From Octopus sinensis (taxonomy: Eukaryota), in the NCBI RefSeq assembly GCF_006345805.1, contig NW_021836485.1, forward strand, positions 1-24,228: 24,228 nucleotides of DNA, read 5' to 3'. Shown here in pieces: positions 1 to 9,938 of this stretch. The notes beneath the pieces are model-generated. The model saw nothing but the letters and a program-made list of their open reading frames with translations. It searched no databases and was not told the DNA's origin. A program made the translations under genes and the position numbers. How positions within the stretch are numbered: the first letter of the stretch is position 1; each line of letters starts with the position of its first letter.

Positions 1-197
1 CCATGTGACCCCCTGCTTTGATTCTTAGTAGTGGCAGTGATGGTGGGGTGGTGGTGGTCATCGTGGTGCTCCATTCTGAGACGGTCCTGATCGATTATAT
101 CTATGACCAATGGACATTCAAACGTGACCATTGCAGTGTTTTTTTGGGGTTTTTTCAAATACATTATTTCAAGAATCGTAAAACGAACAGCCAACGG

Positions 198-320
198 AAG
201 GCGGTACCTTGGCCGACTTGTTAGAGAGTAGATAGGATAAAATACTTAGCGATAATGCTATGACTCTTTGTACTTTGAGTTCGATTTCCACCAAGATCGG
301 TTTCTTCTTCTGGGTCAAAA
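198..320 (+). mobile_element. Decayed tRNA-derived SINE head
   Basis: AAGGCGG start, B-box-like GAGTTCGATTTCC, colinear with better copies at 1357 and 8926. Confidence 0.5.
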
Positions 321-384
321 AGCTGTGGATAAACGAAATTGCTAAAGGGTTCAAACGGGTCATCATGCAGTATTTGTTCAGGTT

Positions 385-590
385 CATTGCATTTGACGTC
401 ACGCTTTTGATGGCACTGTGCCAAGCCAAGTCAGCCCTTGCTTTGCGTTTCCCTTGGATATCATCTCTGGCATATATAGGGGACACTTGCATGCATGAGC
501 AACCTTCTGTCTTTCACAAAGAAAATGCCCAGATCTGCGCTTTAGGGAAGGACCTTCCAATTGCACATGCTCACCAGAACCGTTAACCGT
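385..590 (-). mobile_element. Decayed interspersed repeat, possibly derived from an RTE 5' UTR
   Basis: Minus strand reads ...GATGATATCCAAGGGAAACGCAAAG...GCTTGGCAC..., resembling my recollection of RTE-clade 5' UTR motifs. No coding signal. Confidence 0.3.
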
Positions 591-727
591 CATATATTTC
601 CCTTTTTTTTTCTTTCTTTAAAACTATTATGCTAGGGCGTAACTTGTGAAGAAATTTGGCAGTTATTTCTAGCATTTAAAGTGGGTACTTGAAGATGTCC
701 TTGTTGGTTTGTGTTCCACGAATGGAT

Positions 728-787
728 CACATGGTGGTACATGGTGGCACATAGTGGAACATAGAGGCACATAGTGACACATAGTGG
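728..787. repeat. 10-bp minisatellite, about 6 copies (consensus CACATAGTGG)
   Basis: cacatggtgg tacatggtgg cacatagtgg aacatagagg cacatagtga cacatagtgg read directly. Confidence 0.9.
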
Positions 788-1084
788 TGTTCATTTGTTT
801 TTTCTTTTTTGTTCTTTTATGGATTTTTTGTCATTATATGATTAAATTACATCCAAACCAACGAGTGAAAGAGATATACAGAGTGAGAGAGAGAGAGAGG
901 GGAAGAGAGGGAGAGTGAGAGAGACCGACTGACGGAGAAAGAGAGAGAGAGAGAAACAAACAGACAGATCGACAAAGCTTCCAAGCGGCCTCTCGATCTA
1001 CGAGAAACAGCAACCAAATTTTCAACCACAGAGGAAAAAATAACCACGTTGTGTAACATAAGGCTAGATGCACTGCCTGGAAGA

Positions 1085-1170
1085 AAATGATAGATGGAAT
1101 AGTCATGGCTAGATTGCTTTGATCATAGGTCTATTCGATCACGGTTAACCTGGAGTTAAACAGTGACAAC
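1085..1170 (+). repeat. Short interspersed repeat fragment, with a related copy in opposite orientation at about 75-140
   Basis: GTCATGGCTAGATTGCTTTGATCATAGGTCTATTCGATCACGG resembles the reverse complement of CCTGATCGATTATATCTATGACCAATGGACATTCAAACGTGAC. Confidence 0.45.
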
Positions 1171-1356
1171 AATAGCAACAGCCGTGGCAGCAATAGCAAC
1201 AGCAACATGAACGAAAACAAAACTGTTATGATGATCGGAATTTTAAAATATTTATGCTTTGGATTATGAAATTCCAAAATTTTCAGTTGTTGTTTTTTTT
1301 CTGCCATGACCTTAGCTCAGTTTATTAACCGAATATTTCTAATATTGTTATATTAT

Positions 1357-1580
1357 AAGGCGGAGTGCTGGCATAGTCGTTAGCATACAGAGCAAAATTA
1401 TTAGCGGCATTTCTTTTGTCCTCACGTTCTGAGTTCAAATGCTGCCGAGGTCGACTTTGCCTTTTATCGCTTCGGAGTCGATAAAACAAGATAAGTACTA
1501 GTTGATTACTGGGGTCGATGTAATCGATTAACCCTGTCCCCCGAAATTGCTGGCCAAATTTCCAAAGTTTGATACCAGTA
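1357..1580 (+). mobile_element. tRNA-derived SINE (family A in this window)
   Basis: AAGGCGG..CTGGCATAGTCGTTAGCA head, B box GAGTTCAAAT, body GAGGTCGACTTTGCCTTT...GTCGATAAAA...TACTGGGGTCGATGTAATCGA. Many homologues in the window. Confidence 0.85.
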
Positions 1581-1715
1581 TTGTAATAAGGAGTATCGGC
1601 ACCCTTACAAATATAATTTTTTTAAAGATTTTTTCTCAAGGTATAAAATCTCCAAACGCAGGAATAAAATGCTTACTACAGGAATAAAATACTTAGAGAT
1701 AAAAAAAAAATTTAA

Positions 1716-1951
1716 ACAAGTCTAAGTAGGTTAATCTGGTCTATTAAAGACAGAAACAAAAACTATAATATCAACTGGGAATTAATCAGTACTGCAAACC
1801 CATACAGACCAGGAACTAATAAATGTGACTTGTGTATAGAAGAATTATATCAAATTTTTACATCTGAGCGTAATATAATAAATTCTAGACATGAACAAGC
1901 TTTATAAGATGCTTGCATGTGAGAAAATTTACCTTTGCTCAATATAAATGA
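1716..1951 (+). pseudogene. Penelope-like element relic: C-terminal part of the GIY-YIG endonuclease region
   Basis: Manual translation TSLSRLIWSIKDRNKNYNINWELISTANPYRPGTNKCDLCIEELYQIFTSERNIINSRHEQAL*, then after a frameshift IRCLHVRKFTFAQYK*. Matches the PLE pattern LSxxIWxLKD..Y.I.W....A.PY..G...CxLC.....NxRxE...CxH. Not in the ORF track. Confidence 0.8.
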
Positions 1952-2292
1952 ATTATGAATAATTAAATAACGAAATGTTTTGAAATTTTTAACTAACCAT
2001 AAAGAATAAACGAGTGATTATCCAACCAGTGCTTGGAACTGATGATAGTTCGCGTCTAAATTCACATCATTGAACGCAAAGAAAATCGACATAACATTTT
2101 AACCAGTTAAATCTTAAAGAATATTGAAGTGAAGACGATGAAGAAAGTGCACCAGTATTATAGTATGGTTGCAATTATAGTAGTTACTAACCGATGCAGA
2201 CGAAACATATGTAGATTTATTTGAGGCAGTATTTATATATCAAAATTAATTAAAGGAAATACTAATGCTACTTCGTTAAAATTATTGTAATT

Positions 2293-2295
<3 letters not shown>

Positions 2296-2371
<76 letters not shown>
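2296..2371. repeat. (CA)n(TA)n compound microsatellite
   Basis: Direct reading. Confidence 0.95.
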
Positions 2372-2373
<2 letters not shown>

Positions 2374-2754
2374 CGCAGGTGGTTGAGTGGTCAGTAACTT
2401 GCTTACCAACTACATGGTTCCGGTTTCAGTCCCACTGCGTGGCACCTTGGGCAAGTGTCTTCTACTATAGCCTCAGGCCGATGGACCAAAACCTTGTGAG
2501 TGGATTTGGTAGGCGGAAACTGAAAGAAGCCCGTCGTATATATGTATATATGTGTGTGTGTGTTTGTGTATGTGTTTGTTCCCCCTCTCCCAGCATCGCT
2601 TGACAACCGATGCTGGTGTGATTACGTCCCCGTAACTTAGCGGTTTGGCAAGAGAGACCGATAGTATAAGTACTAGGCTTACAAAGAATAAGTCCTGGGG
2701 TCGATTTGCTCGACTAAAGGCAAATGACTGAAACAAGTAAAAGAGTAAAGAGTA
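2371..2754 (+). mobile_element. tRNA/CORE-type SINE with internal (TG)n (family B)
   Basis: tRNA-like head, CORE-like GCACCTTGGGCAAGTGTCTT, internal microsatellite, tail GACTGAAACAAGTAAAAGAG. Lacks the CCAGCATGGCCG block seen in the copies at about 5330 and 15078. Confidence 0.9.
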
Positions 2755-2909
2755 ATTTGCGTGTGTGTGTATACACATACACTCTAAGATACGAAAATAC
2801 AAAACTCTCGGCCTTAAAGTTGGTAGACAGACAGACAGACAGACAGACAGACGGACGGACGGAGGGAGGGATGGATGGATGGATGGACAGACAGACAGAC
2901 TAACATATA

Positions 2910-3300
2910 CAGAGGATTACAGAATTAACTATTTATTTCAATGAAATTCAACAAATCTAAAATAAAAGAATGAGAGAAAATTATGTTTATTCTAAACATA
3001 AATTTCTAAACTTTGCATCAAAACTTCATTGAAAATATTCAACGTGTGCTGTGTAAGTATTTCTTAGGGATAGAAATAGAGAAAATGTACGCAGCCTAAT
3101 TGAACAAAAAAAAAAAAAAAAAAGCTGTCGTGGACAGGTAAGCAGGTAAGCAGGAATGAAAATAAAATTATGAAAATATATGTATAAAATTATAAATAAA
3201 ATTTAAAATGTATACATTTTTAACGCATATTAAACAAATAAAACTGTTTTTTACAGTGTCCGATTTCACTGAAATGGATAATTAATTCTGGGACACCCTG
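2910..3300. mobile_element. Tc1/mariner-type MITE, 391 bp
   Basis: Imperfect 38-bp TIRs (2910-2947 vs reverse complement of 3263-3300, 29/38 identical by my alignment), starting CAG and flanked by TA at 2908-2909 and 3301-3302. Confidence 0.75.
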
Positions 3301-3349
3301 TATATGTACACATACAATATGCATACATACATTATTAATTTATTTTGAT

Positions 3350-3470
3350 TATGCATGCATGTATGTATGCATGTATGTATGTATGTATGTATGTATGTAT
3401 GTATGTATGTATGTATGTATGTATGTATGGATGTATGTATGTATGTATGTATGTATGTATGTATGTATGT
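3350..3470. repeat. (TATG)n microsatellite
   Basis: Direct reading. Confidence 0.95.
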
Positions 3471-3586
3471 AGTTCCCTCCCACCAAATTTGTGGCTTTAT
3501 GCTTCTTTTAGACATCGTTTTTTCAATAAACATTCCATTGTAGTTCAATTGTGTATGTGAGAAGGAGAGTGAGAGAGAGGAGAGAG

Positions 3587-3624
<38 letters not shown>

Positions 3625-3765
3625 GGTGTCACAAAAGAAGGTGTTGTTGATGACGTCAGTGACATGTCTGTCAATGGAATGAGAAATTGACAACAATCAA
3701 ATGGAAAGTGGGTCGTGGACTCGGCAGTTTGTACATGCTCAATGTCACTCACTACTTTATATCAC

Positions 3766-3995
3766 CACACACACACACACACACACACAACACACACATA
3801 ATATACACATGTCTATACATGTATGCAAATATACACACGCACACATATATATATATATTTATACACATATACATATACTCTCATATATATGTATGTGTGT
3901 ATGTACGTGTGTCTGTATCTGTATAATGTATGTATGTACATGTGTGTGTGTATTTGTGTGCGTATGTGTATTTGTGTGTGTGTGTGTCTGTGTGT

Positions 3996-4052
<57 letters not shown>
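3766..4052. repeat. (CA)n/(TA)n/(TG)n compound microsatellite
   Basis: Direct reading. (TG)n resumes at 4611-4702 beyond the inserted element. Confidence 0.95.
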
Positions 4053-4054
4053 CA

Positions 4055-4244
4055 GGGGTGTAGCGAGCTTAAGGGGGCTCTGGTTAGAGGTAGTACCTTT
4101 GGGGTCTTGAAGCTGCACCTTGCCAGGGTTCGTCGTGTTGACGGGCATCACTGACCCTCATTCACCTCCTGATCTCTCACTTGATGGCTCTTAAGGCCAC
4201 ACTCCGGCACCCCACTTCAACTGGTGGGCTAAACCAAGTGAGAG
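4055..4244 (+). ncRNA. HDV-like self-cleaving ribozyme fold
   Basis: P1 GGGGTGT 4055-4061 / ACACTCC 4199-4205. P2 CTCTCACTTGAT 4174-4185 / ACCAAGTGAGAG 4233-4244 (11/12 paired). P3 GGC/GCC with 7-nt L3 TCTTAAG. P1.1 GG 4206-4207. P4 CCCAC/GTGGG. J4/2 CTAA with catalytic-position C4229. Confidence 0.75.
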
Positions 4245-4610
4245 GATGGTCTTAACACAGTACTCGTAGGCGAACGACTCCGGGTAATAGTTTCCAAAGT
4301 GTCCCCAGCTAGGGCGGGGGAACCTGCTCAGGTCAACGGACAAGTATTCGCGGCCAAGGCGTGTTTCAAGTAGCTGCATACGGTTGTGGTTAACAGTTTA
4401 GAGAGGAATGGGCGACGCTAGACTAACCTGCGTATGATACATTCATGATCATGACAATCAGACCAGAATCCATAATTGATCGGTCGTTGCCCGGATTGCC
4501 GATTCACAGAATGCAACAGAAGACCTAGGAAGAGTGCGAAATTCGGTTGCGACGACATCAACGAATATCCCAACGACCACACGGTCAAGGGATGGGAGGA
4601 GGAAGAAGAC
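4055..4610 (+). mobile_element. Short non-autonomous retroelement: ribozyme-headed 5' part plus RTE-like 3' tail
   Basis: GC-rich island interrupting (TG)n. 5' end coincides with ribozyme G1. 3' part encodes remnant NATEDLGRVRNSVATTSTNIP and ends CCCAACGACCACACGGTCAAGGGATGGGAGGAGGAAGAAG, like RTE 3' termini. Confidence 0.6.
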
Positions 4611-4643
4611 GTGTGTGTGTGTGTGTATGTGTGTGTGTGTGTG

Positions 4644-4678
<35 letters not shown>

Positions 4679-4915
4679 TATGTGTGTGTGTGTGTGTGTG
4701 TGTTCTAGCAGCCACGTGATTCTCGATCCGATACCACTATGTAGCTACTTATTTTTACATTTTAACTGTCCTTTCTTCTCTTTTTCCCAACAGAACGAAG
4801 CCATTTGTTTGTTTGTTTTTTTATTCCTCTAAGTTGAGAGCTTCTACGTTGTCGTCACTTGACCTGTTGAAAGTAGCAGGCAATGTTCCCTTAAATTACA
4901 TCCCTAAATTACAAA

Positions 4916-5035
4916 TGGCACAGTCGTGGACGTGTGGTTAATAAGCTTGCTTCCCACTTGGGCAAATGTCCTTTACTATAGTCTTAAACCGATCAAAGAC
5001 TTAATCGTGGGTTGTAGACGGGAACTGGAAGCCCG

Positions 5036-5068
<33 letters not shown>

Positions 5069-5076
5069 GTGTGTGT

Positions 5077-5112
<36 letters not shown>

Positions 5113-5378
5113 TGTACGTATGTATGTATTTATGGGTGCCTGTGTGCGTTTCTTTGTGTTTATGTTGAGTTTGTCCCCAGTACCGCTTGACAACTGGTGT
5201 TACTTTGCATACGTCTCCGTAACTTATCAGTTCGGAACTAGAGACCCGATACAGTAAGTAGAAGGATTAAAAATATTAATAAAAAACTTAGGTCAATTTG
5301 TTTGACTAAACCCTTCAATGTGATGCCCAGCATGGCCGCGGTCCAATGACCAAAACAAGTGAAAAGTAAAAGATAAAA
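4916..5378 (+). mobile_element. Family B SINE, diverged, with internal (TG)n
   Basis: Colinear with 2371-2754: CTTGGGCAAATGTC, GAAGCCCGTCG, GCTTGACAAC, CCAGCATGGCCGC, AACAAGTGAAAAG. Confidence 0.85.
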
Positions 5379-6027
5379 CTAATGTGGTCCTAGATATACT
5401 AACTTACCCCATTATGAGATGTTTTAGACCATAAATCTATCTAATGAGGGCTAAATTGAAATTAAATAACAGAGTAAAACACCCATCTTTTAAAAACACA
5501 CCTACTTCTCCCAGATGTGATACTGAAAGACACCAGATACGCTTGAGTTCGTTCTCTTAGAATCCACCAATGAAACGCGGCGATTGTATGACGTAAAAAA
5601 ATAAACATGGCAGCCATCATCTGAATTTCAAGGTTTCTGGTGTCATTAACACTGGAATTTGTAACTGCTGTTTGCGTTACGTCATTTGTTCGATACGTGA
5701 TGTGTTAACCATCTATGTCATTCGACTTCTCCATTCATACACAACTGTTACTGCAACATTAAATGACATGACTAAAGGTTTCGATTCCATTTTGCCAGTA
5801 TTCCCACGCATTAAGACAATATTTTGAATATTTCAAGTAAATAACTTGAAATTATATATTCCCAATCACGTGTCAGCATACCAAGAAATGTGTGTATGTA
5901 TGTATGTATGTATTCATGTAGATGCATATGTATTATATGTATATAGATGTATAGGATATTGCATACATTCACACTCAAATATGCAGGTATACAAATGTAC
6001 AGGTATATAAATATGTATATACATTAC

Positions 6028-6071
<44 letters not shown>

Positions 6072-6077
6072 ATATAT

Positions 6078-6766
6078 TAATAATTAAATTAGAGACAAAA
6101 CCACTATTAGGCAAATCATACAATGAAAAACTTAAGCAATACATAAGATTATTTAATTTTATATTTAAATATATAAACAAATTATTAAAAAAATATAATT
6201 AATATATCACTACGATCGTTTCATGGCTGTTAATTTCTTTAATTTTCGAGTTACAGTCATTCATCAGGTGGTTTAATATCTAAATATAATCAATATTTTT
6301 AAGATATAAATAATATATATAATATAATATAATAATTTTACTTATAATAAACTCTATTATCAAATCTGATTATATCGAAATCGACTATAATGTTAAATAT
6401 TAACTTTAATTTATAAGGTAGGAAACCCATAATCTAATATCAATATTAGTCTATATCTAATTACATAAATATTTAAAATGACTAATATATATAAATTATC
6501 AATGAAATATAATAAATTATAATCAAGATCTAAAATAATCTCTATAAATATTGTATATAATGAAAAACCTAATAAATTAATTTTTCATATTTAAAGATGA
6601 ATAGCTAATTTCAAAATACAAATAAACTAACTTAATTGCTCTATTTTGTATTGGAGTATGATTATAGACATTTATATATCTATTTATTTATAATATATGT
6701 GGATGTGTGTGTTTGTATAAGTGGTATATGTGTATATGATGATGTTGTGTATAATAAAGAAATATA

Positions 6767-6806
<40 letters not shown>

Positions 6807-6960
6807 AATATTTTATAATTAAAACATAATTATAATTAGGGTTCACTAATTCCTTCGCCACATACCGAATTTAGAAATAGGAGTTAAAAATTCCTTTTCT
6901 ACTACTGTAAGAATCTCCATTACGGTAACATACTTTTTTTATGAAGGCAAAGAGAAAACC
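6078..6960 (-). mobile_element. AT-rich ORF-less hammerhead-bearing element, probably a non-autonomous Penelope-like derivative
   Basis: Contains a minimal type I hammerhead and is bounded by (TA)n tracts. No RT/EN homology seen. Boundaries approximate. Confidence 0.45.
6208..6270 (-). ncRNA. Minimal type I hammerhead ribozyme
   Basis: Minus strand: cac CUGAUGA augacugu-loop-acagccau GAAA cgaucg UA gug. Intact core boxes, GUA triplet, palindromic stem III (ACGAUCGU), 3-bp stem I. Confidence 0.8.
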
Positions 6961-7009
6961 AATGAATCAACACGACCAGGAGTAACTATATACGCGTTTC
7001 ACCCTATTT

Positions 7010-7069
7010 ATTATATATTATTATATATATATATATATATTATATATATATATATATATTATATATATA

Positions 7070-7100
<31 letters not shown>

Positions 7101-7284
7101 CAGATAAGAAAAAGAGAAATACATCTAAATCAAATATCAATAGTATATTGGATATATGTTATCCCATGGAGGGTTGCATTTACAACCCCTATCTCAATTT
7201 ATAATATATATATATATATATAATATATATTAATATATTATATATTATATATATATATATATATATGAATAAAGCTAGCTAGCC

Positions 7285-7368
<84 letters not shown>
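7010..7368. repeat. (TA)n and (GATA)n microsatellites with a short unique spacer
   Basis: Direct reading. Confidence 0.9.
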
Positions 7369-7369
<1 letters not shown>

Positions 7370-7504
7370 TGTAAGAATCCCTATATCATGCCCGTCTGAC
7401 AAGCACCTTTTTAGATTTTCCTATATATGCGAAATCAATAGGTAAAATCTATGCATAATACTGTACAATGTGTGCGTGTGTGTGTATATCTTTGTTATTC
7501 TCCT

Positions 7505-7880
7505 TCAACTGCCAAATGTGACATTAAACAGGGTGACATGTTTGGCCTAAGTCAATCTCTGTACGACATAACCAACCGTACGCTATATGACAGCGTTAGC
7601 AGCGTAGCTCCAGATTTCATAAAAATAAATGTCCAGGCTGTCCTTCGCAAGTGTTCGATGATACTCTATCTGTCCAAGCAAGCTTTCCGCCTGAGTTGTA
7701 CTGAAAGGACTGGTTTCACCACAGAAACAATAACAACACAAGCAATAAAAACAAGATCTACATCCTACAACAATAACATTGACAGTCAAACATTCCTTAA
7801 ACAAATCCCCTTTACTGTGGAAACAACAAATCCTGAACACTTTGTACACATCTCAGATATGCTAACGGTGGTTAAATGAA
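7505..7880 (+). pseudogene. Heavily decayed non-LTR reverse transcriptase fragment
   Basis: CDIKQGDMFGLSQSLY resembles the RT motif GVxQGxxLSPxLFxLY. Downstream ERTGF...IDSQTFLKQI loosely follows later RT blocks. No intact (Y/F)ADD. Confidence 0.4.
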
Positions 7881-8189
7881 GAACCAAAATAAGATGAGAT
7901 GCCAATTATAACGTGATATGATTAAAGCCGTAGACAGCGTCTCGATGGGGAATCTGTCAGTGGTGGACCTTCCGTCGGTCTCGTGGGAGACCATTTAGTT
8001 TTTCTACTAAACAGATTTCTAATCTTGAAATTAACGTGTAAACGGTGAGTATATTGTGTTCACGTGACATCATACGACAAAGCTGGACCTCTGGATTTAA
8101 AATGCACGTATAATCCAAAGAGAGGGAGAGGTAGACAGTGAGTGAGTAAATGAGTGAGTGAGTGAGTGAGAGAAGAATTTATCCGAGGC

Positions 8190-8715
8190 TGGAATTTAAT
8201 TCATTGACGCCTTAAAGAGGGAAAGTAAAGAATAACCTCGCCGGGATTTGAACTCAGACCCCAGAGACAGAACGAATACCACGATGTAATTTATCTGAAG
8301 TTCTACGCCTAGCAACTGTATTTCTTTTCTTTTCTGTTTATTTATTGTTTAGTCAGGAGGGATGGACACTTCTAATGACCCTTTATCCCCTAAGACTGAC
8401 GGGAAAAAAGGGAAACCCAAATGCTAGCAACAAGGTGGATTCTACTAAAAGTACCCAATGACCAGCAGGCTACGGCAGGATTTGACCGCAGAACGCAAAT
8501 AACCAGAACAATTACAGCGAGACATCTGTCCGACGTTCTAACGATTCTGCCAGTTCACTGCTCTAGTTCTGGAGTTCAATTATCAAACTCAGCGGCCGAT
8601 AAATGGTAAGGGAAGCGATGAAAAGCAGAGTTGACCGCGGTGAGAACTGAACACGGAACATATGAAGCTGGATTAAAGACCGAAAAATTCGAATCATTGG
8701 TTTGAACAATTGCTC
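8190..8715 (-). mobile_element. Cluster of about three decayed family A SINE fragments
   Basis: Reverse motifs GGATTTGAACTCAG (~8245), GGATTTGACCGCAGAAC...TAACGATTCTGCCAG (~8480-8553), GTTGACCGCGGTGAGAACTGAAC (~8630). Confidence 0.6.
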
Positions 8716-8719
8716 CAGA

Positions 8720-8880
8720 CAGAAACGTAGTGAGAGTGATCGCTCGGCCCGGGCGACGCTTTCATGGAGGCACCTTTAGGTATGCTGTATTATAAGCATG
8801 TACTGGATGTAAGGTCAGGAAGAGTGACGCGCTAAACTCAAAGACTGCCCTGGGTGGAGCACACTCTAGTTACACTAATG
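8720..8880. mobile_element. Possible small MITE with degenerate TIRs
   Basis: CAGAAACGTAGTGAGAGTG vs reverse complement of CACTCTAGTTACACTAATG. Inner GCCCGGGCG / GCCCTGGGTG motifs. Confidence 0.35.
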
Positions 8881-8925
8881 GATCTAGATCCACCAAACTT
8901 TATTGAATTATCTATAAAGTAATTA

Positions 8926-9558
8926 AAGGTGACGAGCTGGCAGAATCATTAGCACGCCGGACAAAATGCTTAACTGTATTTCCGTCCGTCTTTAGGTTCT
9001 GAGTTGAAATTGCACCGAAGTCGACTTTGCCTTTCATCCTCTTGGGATCGATAAAATAAGTACAAGACGAGTACTGGGGTCGATGTTATCAACTATGCCC
9101 CTCTCCCAAATTCCAAGCCTTGTGTTTATAGAACAAAAGGATTATCTACAAAGTAATTAAAGGCAGAGATCTTGCAGAATCGTTAGCATTTGGTTCATCT
9201 TCACGTTCTGAGATGAATTTCCGCCAAGGTCGACTTTGCATTTCATCTTTTCTGAGTCGATAAAATAGATACCAGTCAAGTACTGCAGATGATGTCATCC
9301 ACCCCCCCCCCCCCACAAAAAAAACTGCTGGCCCTGTGCCAAAATTTGAAACCATTATCTAAAAAATAATCAAAGGCAGCGAACTGGCAGAACCGTCATC
9401 GCACCGGACAAAATGCTTATTGCATTTCTTCTGGCTTTACATTCTGAGATCAAATGCCGCCGAGGTTGACATTGCCTTTCCTCTTTCTGGGGTCGATGTA
9501 ATTGATTGCCCTCCCTCCCACAAAACTTCAGGCCTTGTGACCATAACAGAACAGATTA
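8926..9558 (+). mobile_element. Three head-to-tail family A SINEs (about 8926-9143, 9160-9356, 9373-9558)
   Basis: Each has an AAGG..GCAGAA(T/C)C head, TTCTGAG, GT(C/T)GAC(T/A)TTGC and a 3' tail. Confidence 0.85.
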
Positions 9559-9883
9559 TTAAGTAAGTCATACATACTCCACCGAAAAAAAAATTAAACA
9601 ACTAAATATTTTTTACTGTCATTAGTAAAATATTCAAAATTATTAAAGGTTGAGTAACACTGTGCTTCTGAATTCCTTGACTTTAACCTATTTCTATAAT
9701 GAAATTTTTGACCGCACAATGATAATAAAAAAAAAATGGTGTGTTGAGTGAACCTTAAAAATTGTTCTGTACTGTTTACATTTGGCGCAATTTTTCACTT
9801 TACTGCACGCAGAAGCATTTGCTATGGTTATAGAAACTTTTACATTTCGTTCAAAATTTGGATCTTGTGCTTGAAAAATAAAA

Positions 9884-9938
9884 TTCGTAAACCCGGGATC
9901 ACGTAAAGCAAGTCCTCGTAAAGCGAGGTATTACTGTA
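9884..9938. mobile_element. Solo pogo/Tigger-like terminal inverted repeat
   Basis: Reverse complement reads TA-CAGTAATACCTCGCTTTACGAG. Subterminal CGTAAA motif occurs three times. No partner TIR found. Confidence 0.55.

Noticed and set aside
2039-2090. CTGATGA...GAAA as a functional hammerhead
   Set aside because: Stems II and III do not form convincingly. Kept only as a possible remnant.
8041-8050. Isolated plus-strand donor-like motifs (also 3135-3151, 12719-12727, 23024-23032)
   Set aside because: No matching acceptor or coherent reading frame identified.
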